Notes: generated by a model not told the origin, from the sequence alone. Shown: positions 8,368 to 17,880, numbered from the stretch's first letter. The stretch is DNA of 28,729 bases from Candidatus Avilachnospira sp. (GCA_045602105.1 JAZSAW010000123.1:1-28729), one strand, 5' to 3'. A program made the numbers and translations.

Positions 8368-9660
8368 TTAATCTTCCAGCTTGAAGGCGACCTTCAGGTC
8401 CTCTACTTCCTGCTGGGAAATATGGACGATCTGTCCCACATCGGCGGTATCGATGATGGAATGGGCCGTGGACTCCATGACCTCCAGACGGTCAAAGGCC
8501 TGAAGCAGGCTCTCACCGGTGACGATAACGCAGTCGTTTTCCACCATGATGGCAGGGCAGGCTACGCCGAATTCCCGGGCAGTCTGCTCCGGCTGGGTGT
8601 AGATCTGACCGTAGGGCAGACGCTTGACATCCCGCAGGAGGATGTAGCTTTCGGGAATGGTGCGGGGATCAAAGGTGGCGTCGGTGACGGCAAAGGCCAT
8701 GGCGTGGACAGGGTGCGCCAGCAGAACGGCATTGATCTCCGGATGGGTCTCGTAGATCTTCTGGTGGAGAAGAACTGCCCGGGAGGGAGTCTTGCCCAGC
8801 TCCTTCATGCCCGCTTTGACCCGCACCAGATGCTCTTCTTCCAGATAGGCGCGATCCATACCAAAGGGAGTGATGATGAAACTGCCGTCAGACAGGCGGA
8901 CGGAGTATGTACCGTGGGTGGCGGTAAACAGACCCTGTCGGTAGGACCGGCGGATCAGGGTGATCATATCCCGGCGGGCAGCCAGCTCCTCGGAGGAGTA
9001 ACTGTTGGGGATGAAATCATCCATTTTCAGATGGTTTTTGGTCTCTGACAGGCGATAGGAATCCTGCTCCAGACTCTTGATCTTGCCGATGCGCTTGGCG
9101 AGAATCTCCAAAGTGGCAGTGTAGTTCAGGGTCTCAAACCGCTGGAAGGCGGTGAACATATCCGGTGCGCCGATGCAGACGCCGTGATTTTCCAGAAGCA
9201 CAGTGTCACAGCCGTCGGCAAAGCATTTGCCGATGTTTTCGCCAAGCTCCTGACTGCCGGGAACGGCGTAGACCGCGATCTGCACCTCAGGGCAGACCTT
9301 CCGCACTGTGGGCATCAGATCCAGATTGGGGCTCTGGCGGACGATGGAAAAGCTCACCAATGCGGGGGGATGGGCGTGAAGCACCGCCCGCAGGTCGGGA
9401 CGCATTTTATACACCTGCGCGTGGAAGGGCAGTTCCGAGGAGGGACGGTGAGGGCCGACACAGCTTCCGTCGGGCTTGACACAGACGATGTCTCTGCGGG
9501 TCAGGGTTCCCTTGTCGATGCCGGCAGGGGTGATCCAGATATTGCCGTCATCGTCCAGAATGGAGAGGTTGCCACCGGAGGTGGTGGTCAGACCTTTGTC
9601 GTAGATTCTCTGCATGAACATGACCAATTGGTCGGCGGGATGGATGTAGGAAATATTCAT
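8368..9660 (-). CDS. Class II aldolase/adducin family protein with two tandem domains
   Basis: Domain 1: GGNLS, ITPAG, PSSELPFH, HAHPP, LLENHG. Domain 2 is a degenerate copy (ITPFG, PSRAVLLH, LAHPVH, MVENDC). Substrate unknown. Confidence 0.9.
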   Translation of the reverse strand: MNISYIHPADQLVMFMQRIYDKGLTTTSGGNLSILDDDGNIWITPAGIDKGTLTRRDIVCVKPDGSCVGPHRPSSELPFHAQVYKMRPDLRAVLHAHPPALVSFSIVRQSPNLDLMPTVRKVCPEVQIAVYAVPGSQELGENIGKCFADGCDTVLLENHGVCIGAPDMFTAFQRFETLNYTATLEILAKRIGKIKSLEQDSYRLSETKNHLKMDDFIPNSYSSEELAARRDMITLIRRSYRQGLFTATHGTYSVRLSDGSFIITPFGMDRAYLEEEHLVRVKAGMKELGKTPSRAVLLHQKIYETHPEINAVLLAHPVHAMAFAVTDATFDPRTIPESYILLRDVKRLPYGQIYTQPEQTAREFGVACPAIMVENDCVIVTGESLLQAFDRLEVMESTAHSIIDTADVGQIVHISQQEVEDLKVAFKLED

Positions 9661-9709
9661 AAGACCACTCCTTTGTTTGTGTTGGATTTGTTGGATTTAT
9701 CTTGTTTCT

Positions 9710-9738
9710 ATTATAATCTATCTCCTGCCATTGGTCAA
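9710..9738 (-). promoter_or_regulatory. sigmaA promoter for the aldolase gene
   Basis: Minus strand TTGACC-17 bp-TATAAT. Confidence 0.8.
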
Positions 9739-9804
9739 TGGTTTTTATGATAACTTGCGTTTTGATCATTACGATTTCTTTGATATGTTGTAAAGACATC
9801 CCGG

Positions 9805-9872
9805 CGGGCGGTCAATGACCGCCCCTACGAAATCTATCGATAGAATCAGTAGGGGCGACCATTGGTCGCCCG
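9805..9872. repeat. Inverted doublet of GTAG-type REP-like palindromes (REPIN-like)
   Basis: Minus-strand copy GTAGGGGCGGTCATTGACCGCCCG (9805-9828) and plus-strand copy GTAGGGGCGACCATTGGTCGCCCG (9849-9872), separated by a 20-bp spacer containing TCTATCGATAGA. Confidence 0.8.
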
Positions 9873-9887
9873 ATAAGAAGCCCCTAT

Positions 9888-9921
9888 AAAAAACTCCCTG
9901 TCCGCGATTGCGGACAGGGAG
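9888..9921 (-). terminator. Intrinsic terminator of the opp operon
   Basis: CTCCCTGTCCGC-GATT-GCGGACAGGGAG with a T6 run on the minus strand, just after the oppA stop. Confidence 0.9.
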
Positions 9922-9938
9922 CAAATTTACCGAAAATC

Positions 9939-11795
9939 TTATTTCACGGTGGAGTACATGAAGTACTTGTAGCCCAGAGGCGTGCAGAAGAAGCCTTCCA
10001 CGTCGGAGCTGATCATATAGGGATCGGTGTAGAAGTAGATGGGCACGATACAGCCGGTAGCCATGAGCATATCCTCAGCCAGATGCATCATCTCGTAGCG
10101 GGTCTCTGCGTCGGCGCAGGCCTTGATCTCGGCGATCAGCACGTCATAGGTCTCTGCCCAGGTGGCGTCCTCGACCTTGTAGTCGATGCCGAAGCCGGTC
10201 AGGTCCAGATCGTACATAGCCAGCTCAGCGTGAGCGCCCTTGCCCAGCTGGATGTCATTGTTGCCGGAGGAGGTGATCCACATATCCAGGAAGCAGATGG
10301 GATCGGTGTAGTCAGCGACCCAGCCGTTACGGGCAACGGAGAAGTTGCCGTCCTTACGGGTGTTCAGGAAGGTAGCCCACTCCTGATTTTCCAGAGTCAT
10401 GTTGATGCCAACGGCAGCCAGAGCACCCTGGATATACTCACCGATGGCCTTGTGGTTATCGGCGGTGTTGTACAGGTAGGTCAGAGAGGGGATGTTGGTG
10501 AACTTGCCGGTAGCCTCGTCGAAGTCATAGTACTTCTTCAGGGTCTCCACGGCGGAAGCGTAGTTGGCCTCGAAGGCCTCCACGGAAACATCGTAGTAAC
10601 CGGCAAAGTCATTGCCACCGGCGGTCTCATGGAACTGAGAGCCATCGGGGTTGGTCATACCGGCAGCGACGAAGGAGGAAGCGGGCAGTTCGCCGGCCTG
10701 AGAAACGTACTCAACGATATAGTTGCGGTCCAACAGCAGGCCGATGGCGCTGCGGATCTCAGCCTTGGCAGCCTCAGCTTCCGCACCGGTCAGCTCATTG
10801 CCCTCGGGGAGAAGCTCCTCGTTGACATTCCAGCAGACATAGTAAGTGCCGATCTGGGGAGAGATGACGAATTCTTCGGGGTAATCCACCTTCAGAGCGG
10901 GGATCTCAGCCACGGGCATGGAGTCGATCATCAGCCAGTCGCCGTTCTTGAAGTTGGTCAGCATGTTGTTGTCGTCATCGGACAGGAAGCAGTCGATGGC
11001 GTCCATGGTGACGTTCTCCACATCATGATAGTTGGGGTTCTTGGTCAGGTTGATGACGGAGTTGTGCTCCCAGCCGGTGATGGTGTAAGCACCGTTGCAG
11101 ATATAGGTGGCGGGATCGGTAGCCCAGGCTTCGTTGGCCACCACGTCCTCACGGACGGGGAAGTAAACGGGGAAAGCCATCAGCTCGTTCCAGTAAGCCA
11201 CGTTGTTGGACAGGGTGACTTCCAGAGTCTTCTCGTCCAGAGCATGGACATTCAGCTTGGCATCGGGGTTGAGGACATTGCCTTCTTCGTCCACAGCGGA
11301 CACGTCGGCATAGCCGTCCACCACGTCGAACATATAGCCGTAGTCGGCAGCCAGCTCGGCGGAAGCGGCGCGGTTCCATGCGAATTCGAAGTCACCGGCA
11401 GTCAGAGCCTGACCGTCGGACCACTTCAGGCCGTCCTTCAGGGTGTAGGTGTAGGTGACAGTGCCATCCTCATTGACCACGCCCTCGGTCAGTTCCTCGG
11501 CGCAGTCGGCCACGATGGTCAGGTTGCCGTTTTCATCGGGAGCCCACTTGGCCAGACCGGAAAACAGCTGGACAGCCATGGTCGCGCCGTCCACAGAGGA
11601 ATTCAGGGCAGGGTCCAGAGTGTCGGGCTCGGAGGCCAGGCAGATGGACAGGTAGCTGGACTCGGCAGTGCCTTCGCCTTCGGAGACCACAGGGTCTTCG
11701 TTGACTTCGGGAGCTTCGGGAGCTTCTTCAGCACCGCAGGCGACCATGGCAAAAACCATGACCAGAGCCAGCAGGAGAGCAAGAATCTTCTTCAT
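9939..11795 (-). CDS. oppA: Oligopeptide ABC transporter substrate-binding lipoprotein
   Basis: Lipobox MVAC, SEPDTLDP, LKWSDG..LTAGDF, NGAY, WVADYTDP, PIYFY (family 5 SBP). Confidence 0.95.
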   Translation of the reverse strand: MKKILALLLALVMVFAMVACGAEEAPEAPEVNEDPVVSEGEGTAESSYLSICLASEPDTLDPALNSSVDGATMAVQLFSGLAKWAPDENGNLTIVADCAEELTEGVVNEDGTVTYTYTLKDGLKWSDGQALTAGDFEFAWNRAASAELAADYGYMFDVVDGYADVSAVDEEGNVLNPDAKLNVHALDEKTLEVTLSNNVAYWNELMAFPVYFPVREDVVANEAWATDPATYICNGAYTITGWEHNSVINLTKNPNYHDVENVTMDAIDCFLSDDDNNMLTNFKNGDWLMIDSMPVAEIPALKVDYPEEFVISPQIGTYYVCWNVNEELLPEGNELTGAEAEAAKAEIRSAIGLLLDRNYIVEYVSQAGELPASSFVAAGMTNPDGSQFHETAGGNDFAGYYDVSVEAFEANYASAVETLKKYYDFDEATGKFTNIPSLTYLYNTADNHKAIGEYIQGALAAVGINMTLENQEWATFLNTRKDGNFSVARNGWVADYTDPICFLDMWITSSGNNDIQLGKGAHAELAMYDLDLTGFGIDYKVEDATWAETYDVLIAEIKACADAETRYEMMHLAEDMLMATGCIVPIYFYTDPYMISSDVEGFFCTPLGYKYFMYSTVK

Positions 11796-11855
11796 TTTGG
11801 TTGTTTCCTTTCAGAAATGATATTTCCAGTGCGCCAAGGGCACACATATGGACGC

Positions 11856-12848
11856 TTAGTTGACTTCCTCCGTCCGATGGCAGGCCACAAAGTGACCGGG
11901 ACGGACTTCCTTGAATTCCGGCATTTCCGCGGCGCACTGCTCCGTGGCATGGGGACAGCGGGTGCGGAAGGGACAGCCGGAGGGAGCGTTGAGGGGGCTG
12001 GGAATATCCCCGGAAAGCACGATTCTCTGGTTGTTCCGGGCGATATTGGGGTCAGGGATGGGCACTGCGGAAAGCAGGCTCTTGGAATAGGGGTGCAGAG
12101 GCTCATCGTAAATTTCCTTGGCATCCGCCAGCTCCACCATCTTGCCCAGATACATGACCGCGATGCGGTCGGAAATATGGCGCACCACCAGCAGGTCATG
12201 GGCGATGAACAGATAGGTCAGACCCAGCTTTTCCTGCAGTTCATCAAACATATTGATGACCTGCGCCTGAATGGACACGTCCAGCGCGGAGACCGGCTCA
12301 TCGCAGACGATGAAGTCGGGATCTACAGCCAGAGCCCGGGCAATGCCGATTCTCTGACGCTGACCGCCGGAAAATTCATGGGCATACCGGGAAGCGTGCT
12401 CGGAGTTCAGTCCCACGTGACCCATCAGCTCCAAGATCCGCTCCCGACGCTCTTCCTGGGTCTTATAGAGCTTGTGGACATCCAGAGGCTCGCCGATAAT
12501 ATCGGACACGGTCATCCGGGGATTGAGAGAGGAATAGGGATCCTGAAACACCATGGTGGCCTTCTTCCGGAACTCCTGAATATCGGCCTTGGTCTCGATT
12601 TTCTTGCCCTTATACCAAATTTCGCCGTCCGTGGGCTCATACAGGTGCAGAAGGGTGCGTCCCACCGTGGTCTTGCCACAGCCGGACTCGCCCACCAGAC
12701 CCAGCGTCTCACCGGCATTGATGGAGAAGGAAACGCCGTCAACGGCCTTGAGAGGCTTGGAACGGAACATCCCGGTACTGATGGGGAAATACTGCTTCAG
12801 ACCCTTGACCTCAATGAGAGGCTGTTTGTTATTGCTCATGGTCTTCAC
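11856..12848 (-). CDS. oppF: Oligopeptide ABC transporter ATP-binding protein
   Basis: [41 protein letters not shown]-terminal GCPFRTRC...VACH. Confidence 0.96.
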   Translation of the reverse strand: MKTMSNNKQPLIEVKGLKQYFPISTGMFRSKPLKAVDGVSFSINAGETLGLVGESGCGKTTVGRTLLHLYEPTDGEIWYKGKKIETKADIQEFRKKATMVFQDPYSSLNPRMTVSDIIGEPLDVHKLYKTQEERRERILELMGHVGLNSEHASRYAHEFSGGQRQRIGIARALAVDPDFIVCDEPVSALDVSIQAQVINMFDELQEKLGLTYLFIAHDLLVVRHISDRIAVMYLGKMVELADAKEIYDEPLHPYSKSLLSAVPIPDPNIARNNQRIVLSGDIPSPLNAPSGCPFRTRCPHATEQCAAEMPEFKEVRPGHFVACHRTEEVN

Positions 12849-13845
12849 CGCCTTCCACAGAGATAGAGCCGTCCTCCACGCCCTTTTTCACATTCATCCA
12901 GCAGGAGGCCATGTGGTCATCATTGATGAGCATCCGCTCCGCCCGCTGGTTCATGCAGATCTTCATGGCCGCATCGCACCGAGGGGCAAAGGGACAGCCC
13001 TTGGGCATATTCAGCAGGTCGATGGGCGTGCCGGAGATGGGCTGAAGCTTTGTACCCGCGGTATTGGCCGTGGGGATCGAGCGCATCAGACCCTTGGTAT
13101 ATTCATGAGAGGGGTTGTAGAAAATTTCATCTGCCGTGCCCTGCTCACAGATCGAGCCGGCATACATGACGATGACTTCATCACAAAGCTGTGCCACAAC
13201 GCCAAGGTCATGGGTGATCATGATGATGGCCATGCCCAGCTCTTCCTGCAGGGACTTCATCAGCTCCAGAATCTGTGCCTGAATGGTCACGTCCAGAGCC
13301 GTGGTGGGCTCGTCGGCGATGAGGATGTCAGGCTCGCAGGCCAGAGCCATGGCGATCATGATTCTCTGGCGCATACCGCCGGAAAATTCGTAGGGATACT
13401 GCTTCATGCGCTTTTCCGGCTCGTTGATGTTCACCAGCCGGAGCATTTCCACCGCCCGCTCGTAAGCCTGCTTGCGGTTGCGGTCGGTATGAAGCAAAAT
13501 GGCTTCCATGAGCTGTCTGCCCACGGTATAGGTGGGATTCAGGGAGGTCATGGGATCCTGGAAAATAATGGAGACCTTGTTTCCCCGGACGGTCTTCATG
13601 ACCTTTTCTCCTGCGCCGACCAGTTCCTGGCCGTCTAATTTTATCGAGCCGGAGACGATTTTGCCTGTTCCGGCCAATATCTGCATAATGGAGTAGGCAG
13701 TGACGGACTTGCCCGAGCCGGATTCGCCCACAATGCCCAGTACCTTTCCCCGATCCAGATTGAAGGAAACGCCGTTTACGGCCTTCACTTCACCGGCATC
13801 GGTGAAAAAGGAGGTATGCAGATCGCGTACTTCCAACAAAGACAT
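12829..13845 (-). CDS. oppD: Oligopeptide ABC transporter ATP-binding protein
   Basis: [44 protein letters not shown]. Confidence 0.96.
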   Translation of the reverse strand: MSLLEVRDLHTSFFTDAGEVKAVNGVSFNLDRGKVLGIVGESGSGKSVTAYSIMQILAGTGKIVSGSIKLDGQELVGAGEKVMKTVRGNKVSIIFQDPMTSLNPTYTVGRQLMEAILLHTDRNRKQAYERAVEMLRLVNINEPEKRMKQYPYEFSGGMRQRIMIAMALACEPDILIADEPTTALDVTIQAQILELMKSLQEELGMAIIMITHDLGVVAQLCDEVIVMYAGSICEQGTADEIFYNPSHEYTKGLMRSIPTANTAGTKLQPISGTPIDLLNMPKGCPFAPRCDAAMKICMNQRAERMLINDDHMASCWMNVKKGVEDGSISVEGGEDHEQ

Positions 13846-13861
13846 GGTACTGACTCCTTTC

Positions 13862-14920
13862 TTAGCTGTTCAGTTTGGGGTCAAAGGCGTCCCGCAGGCC
13901 GTCACCAAAGAGGTTCAGGGACAGGACGATGAGAGAGATGACCACAGCGGGAATGACCAGACGGTGGGGATAGGAGGACATTCCGCTGAGGGCGTCGGCC
14001 GCCAGAGAGCCCAGAGAGGGCATGGGGGCATTGACGCCAAGACCAAGGAAAGACAGATAGCTTTCCGTAAAAATCGCGTTGGGGATCTGCAGGCAGGTGG
14101 AGATGATGACCACGCTGATGCAGTTGGGGATCAGGTGCTTGCGGATGATCCAGCCACCTCTTGCGCCGGCGGCGCGGGCAGCCAGAACATATTCCTGCTC
14201 CCGCAGAGAGAGGATCTGTCCGCGGATCAGCCGGGCCATGGACACCCAGTACAGCAGGGCAAAGACCACAAAAAGGCTGATGATGTTGGTGCCGATCTTC
14301 TCCAGCGCCGTGCCCGCCACCAATCCGGATACGGAGGCGTTGAGAACGGAGGCCAGAAGAATGACCATGAGCATATCGGGCAAAGAGTAGATAATATCCA
14401 CGATTCGCATGATGATCAGGTCGACCTTACCGCCACAGTAGCCGGCGATCGCGCCGATGGTCATGCCGATGACCAGCACGATGATACTGGCAAAGAAGCC
14501 GACGGCCAGAGAAATTCTTGCGCCGTAGACCACCCGGATGAAGTAGTCACGACCCTGCGCGTCCGTGCCGAACAGATGGGGGAACACCTGCTCTCCGGCA
14601 TCGATTCTCGCCTGCTCCGTGCGGGAATACTCCATGGGGGCGAGGTTGTTGAAAGACGGATCCATGGGCTTGCCCGGGGTCAGACCCAACTGCTGGTCAT
14701 AGGCGTAGGGCCAGAACATGGGCAGGAAGATGGTAGTCAGGGTAATGATGACGATGATGATAAAGCTCAAAAGCGCCACTTTATTTTTGCACAGACGGCG
14801 CACACCGTCCTTAAAAAAGGTGGTGGAGGGGCGCATCTGCACCATATATTCCTTTTCCGCATCGGAAGCGGGAAGGAAGGCGTCCATGTCCACGTGCATG
14901 GAAAAGGGTTTTTTCAGCAT
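13862..14920 (-). CDS. oppC: Oligopeptide ABC transporter permease
   Basis: HLFGTDAQGRDYF, EQEYVLAARAAGA (EAA motif), KHLIPN, FGDGLRDAFDPK. Confidence 0.96.
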   Translation of the reverse strand: MLKKPFSMHVDMDAFLPASDAEKEYMVQMRPSTTFFKDGVRRLCKNKVALLSFIIIVIITLTTIFLPMFWPYAYDQQLGLTPGKPMDPSFNNLAPMEYSRTEQARIDAGEQVFPHLFGTDAQGRDYFIRVVYGARISLAVGFFASIIVLVIGMTIGAIAGYCGGKVDLIIMRIVDIIYSLPDMLMVILLASVLNASVSGLVAGTALEKIGTNIISLFVVFALLYWVSMARLIRGQILSLREQEYVLAARAAGARGGWIIRKHLIPNCISVVIISTCLQIPNAIFTESYLSFLGLGVNAPMPSLGSLAADALSGMSSYPHRLVIPAVVISLIVLSLNLFGDGLRDAFDPKLNS

Positions 14921-14934
14921 GGTTTCTTCCCTCC

Positions 14935-15864
14935 TTACTCCAGAGTGATTCTGGGATCGACGACCTTATACAGGATGTCGGTGACTAAGTTCATAATAAC
15001 GATCAGGCTTGCCAGAACGATGGTCGTACCCATAATGAGAGGGTAGTCACGGTTCTGGATACTGCTGACGAAGGCACGGCCGATGCCGGGCACAGCAAAG
15101 ATCTGCTCCACCACCAGAGAGCCGGTGACGATGTACGCCAGCATAGGACCGGCGTAGGTCAGCACAGGAATCAGGGAGTTTTTCAGGGCATGGCCGAAGA
15201 TGATCCGTCCGCCGGAAACGCCCTTGGCCTTGGCGGTGCGGATATAGTCCTGTCCCAGCACATCCAGCATGGACGAGCGGGTCAGACGGGTGGTGTAGGC
15301 CATGGGGTACAGAGCCAGAGTCACCACCGGGAGGATCAGTCCGCCCTCTGTTGCGCCGTTGGCGGGGAGCAGTCCCCACATGACGGAAAACAAAACCAGA
15401 AGCAAAGAGCCCATAATGAATGAGGGCATGGACACAAAGGCCGTGGTAATGACCATAATGACCCGGTCGATGAACTTGTTCCGGCGCAGGGCCGCCACTG
15501 CGCCCAGGACAACGCCCGTGCCCAGAGCGGAAACTGCCGCGATCAGACCCAGCTTGATGGAGGTCCTCATGCCGTCGCCAATGACGTCGATGACCATTCT
15601 GCCCCGCTGTTTCAGAGAGGGACCGAAGTCAAACCGGGTGACCACATCCTTGAGATAGGTCACATACTGCTCAAACACCGGCTTGTCCAGTCCGTATTTG
15701 GCCTCCAGCGCCGCCTGCGCGGCAGGCGTGATGGCTTTTTCGCCCATGAACGGACCGCCGGGGACAGCGCGCATGACGAAGAAGGTCACGGTGATGACCA
15801 CCCAGACCGTCAAGATCGCCAGAAGCACCCGCTTGAGGATATATAACATGGTTTTTGTATTCAC
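14935..15864 (-). CDS. oppB: Oligopeptide ABC transporter permease
   Basis: KYGLDKP, FDFGPS, DYIRTAKAKG, HALKNSLIP, VEQIFAVPGIG, VDPRI. Start is GTG 15864 or ATG 15849. Confidence 0.96.
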   Translation of the reverse strand: MNTKTMLYILKRVLLAILTVWVVITVTFFVMRAVPGGPFMGEKAITPAAQAALEAKYGLDKPVFEQYVTYLKDVVTRFDFGPSLKQRGRMVIDVIGDGMRTSIKLGLIAAVSALGTGVVLGAVAALRRNKFIDRVIMVITTAFVSMPSFIMGSLLLVLFSVMWGLLPANGATEGGLILPVVTLALYPMAYTTRLTRSSMLDVLGQDYIRTAKAKGVSGGRIIFGHALKNSLIPVLTYAGPMLAYIVTGSLVVEQIFAVPGIGRAFVSSIQNRDYPLIMGTTIVLASLIVIMNLVTDILYKVVDPRITLE

Positions 15865-16000
15865 GATTTGATCCCGCCTTGTCTTTTTTCCAAACCGGCA
15901 AGCAAAGGGTCATCGTCTTTTGCCGGGGCAAAAGACGGCAAAAAGCCGGCTTTTTTGTATTTCTATGGTACACATTTGTCCATATATAGTTAACCAGTCT

Positions 16001-16029
16001 ATTATAGCGCAAATCCGGGAAAATATCAA
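16001..16029 (-). promoter_or_regulatory. sigmaA promoter for oppBCDFA
   Basis: Minus strand TTGATA-17 bp-TATAAT. Confidence 0.8.
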
Positions 16030-16109
16030 ACATTTTTCTTGAATAAAGTCAAAAAACTTTTTCCATTTTACCCATTTAGTGAATAAATGCGATACTATAA
16101 TAAAGAGCC

Positions 16110-16889
16110 TTATCCTTGGGCATATTCCAGAAGTTCCCGGCTTCTGCGGAGAATTTCCGGGTCATCCAGAGAGTTTTGGAAGATGACCTGTCCGCCGGTA
16201 ACAGACGGACTGAGCAAGTCTCTGCTCTCCAGCTGGTGACGGAGCTGACGAGCCACGCCGTCGGCGCTGTCAAAGATGGCTGTGCGCTCTCCCACCACCT
16301 GCTGGATCACGGGACGCAGGAAGGGATAGTGGGTACAGCCCAGCACCACAGCGTCTATGGGTCTGTCCATAAAGGGCGTCAGCTTTTCTCTCAGAAAGGC
16401 TTCCACCTCACTGCCGTCCAGCTCCCCACGCTCCACGAATTCCATCAGCCCACTGCAGGGCACAGGCACGATGTCCGCATCCTCACGGTACTGCGCCCAA
16501 AGCTCCTGAAATTTGTTTTCCTGCAAGGTGGTGGCTGTCGCCATGACCAAGATCCGCCCTTGGGGGAACTGCTCCACAGCCGGCTTTAATGCCGGCTCTG
16601 TGCCGATAAAGGGAATTTGGGGATACTGCTCCCGCAGATATGTCACCGCCACGGAGGTGGCTGTGTTGCAGGCCAGCACCACTGCCTTGACCCCCTGCTC
16701 CAGCAGGCGCTCTACACCCCGGACGCAAAGCTCCTCCACTTCCCCTGCCGGACGGACGCCGTAGGGGGCGTGGGCAGAATCGCCGTAATAGAGGTAATCC
16801 TCACCGGGCAGGAGCTTTCGGGTGTGCTTCAGCACACTGATTCCGCCCAGACCGGAATCGAAAAAGCCAATAGGTTTGGTTGAATTCAA
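16110..16889 (-). CDS. murI: Glutamate racemase
   Basis: DSGLGG, GDSAHAPYG, ACNTAT and VLGCTHYP (both catalytic Cys present). Confidence 0.97.
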   Translation of the reverse strand: MNSTKPIGFFDSGLGGISVLKHTRKLLPGEDYLYYGDSAHAPYGVRPAGEVEELCVRGVERLLEQGVKAVVLACNTATSVAVTYLREQYPQIPFIGTEPALKPAVEQFPQGRILVMATATTLQENKFQELWAQYREDADIVPVPCSGLMEFVERGELDGSEVEAFLREKLTPFMDRPIDAVVLGCTHYPFLRPVIQQVVGERTAIFDSADGVARQLRHQLESRDLLSPSVTGGQVIFQNSLDDPEILRRSRELLEYAQG

Positions 16890-16919
16890 AGCATTTCCCT
16901 CCCCAAATTAAGCGATTTC

Positions 16920-16948
16920 ATTATACCAACCCCACAGAGCCAATGCAA
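16920..16948 (-). promoter_or_regulatory. sigmaA promoter for murI
   Basis: Minus strand TTGCAT-17 bp-TATAAT with extended TGn. Confidence 0.8.
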
Positions 16949-17034
16949 GTACCCGGCGTCTTTTCCCGGAAATTCACGGCGCAGGGATGATTTGCCGATT
17001 TCAGATGCTCTGTCAAAATTTTCCGCTTTTTTCC

Positions 17035-17068
17035 AAAAAATCGGGAGGACGGCGTCCTCCCGATTTTT
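17035..17068. terminator. Intrinsic terminator
   Basis: AAAAATCGGGAGGAC-GGC-GTCCTCCCGATTTTT immediately after the stop at 17072. Confidence 0.9.
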
Positions 17069-17071
17069 ATC

Positions 17072-17815
17072 TTATTCTTCTGTCTGGCGTTTCTTGCCGG
17101 GTCGCAGGAGTATCCACAGATTTGCGCCCAGCCAGAGCCCAGCGCCCAGATAGCCCAGCGCCTCGGTCAGCTCCGCGCCGGCCAGAGCGGCGGCATTGAA
17201 GAACATACCGCTCATGGCAAAAAATACCGTCAAACGCCGACTTCCCTTGTCAAAGGCGTAGCCACCCAAATGGAACAGGGCAAACATATTGCAAATGAGG
17301 GCAAACAGGTCGTAGCAGTAGTCCAATATCACCGGATCTCTCGTCCAAAACCGGAACTGGCAGATCAGATATACCACATAATATACCGCAGGCAAAAGCA
17401 GTACCGCCACGGGAATTTTCTTGCCCATATACCGGGCGGTAGCCGTTGCGCCCCAGCTGACTGCCGTCAGCGCGCCGAGCGCCGCCACAAGCAGATCGCC
17501 CTCCCGCTGAGACCTGACCGCCAGAATCATACTGCCCACCAGCAGCAGAATACTTGCCACAGCGGACACCGCAAGCACCGGCAGAGAGCGACTGGTGATG
17601 GCGGGATACTTTTTCCGACCCCGCAGACTCCATGCGTAGCCGGCAAAGGCCAGCACCGCCAGAACGGTCACGATGGCAAAGCCAATGCCCGCTCCGGGTC
17701 TTGCACCCACCACATCAAAAGCCGTGGCAAGCTGGATCTTCCGCAAAATAAAGGCGATCACCGCCAATACTCCTGCCACCAGCATGACCTGAAGCCTTGT
17801 GAACTTATGTTCCAT
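17072..17815 (-). CDS. Hypothetical polytopic membrane protein
   Basis: 247 aa with about 7-8 hydrophobic segments, RBS AAGGGG, own promoter and terminator. Confidence 0.85.
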   Translation of the reverse strand: MEHKFTRLQVMLVAGVLAVIAFILRKIQLATAFDVVGARPGAGIGFAIVTVLAVLAFAGYAWSLRGRKKYPAITSRSLPVLAVSAVASILLLVGSMILAVRSQREGDLLVAALGALTAVSWGATATARYMGKKIPVAVLLLPAVYYVVYLICQFRFWTRDPVILDYCYDLFALICNMFALFHLGGYAFDKGSRRLTVFFAMSGMFFNAAALAGAELTEALGYLGAGLWLGANLWILLRPGKKRQTEE

Positions 17816-17844
17816 GTTTGCCCCTTCTTTCCGTACTTTTGTTC

Positions 17845-17874
17845 AGTATAGCACACCAAACCAAATCTTGCCAA
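17845..17874 (-). promoter_or_regulatory. sigmaA promoter for the membrane protein gene
   Basis: Minus strand TTGGCA-18 bp-TATACT with extended TGn. Confidence 0.65.
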
Positions 17875-17880
17875 GAATTT

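Noticed and set aside
10083-12866. 927-aa plus-strand ORF, the longest in the track
   Set aside because: Exactly antisense to oppA and oppF; strong C-ending codon bias suppresses stops on the opposite strand; no domain motifs. The same applies to 933-2174, 4091-5671, 12589-13638, 13700-15046, 25107-26060, 26123-26989 and 27491-28612.
15671-16033. 120-aa minus-strand ORF overlapping the oppB start
   Set aside because: Begins inside the opp promoter, out of frame with oppB, no RBS. Likewise 9548-9799 and 21810-22136 run through promoters.
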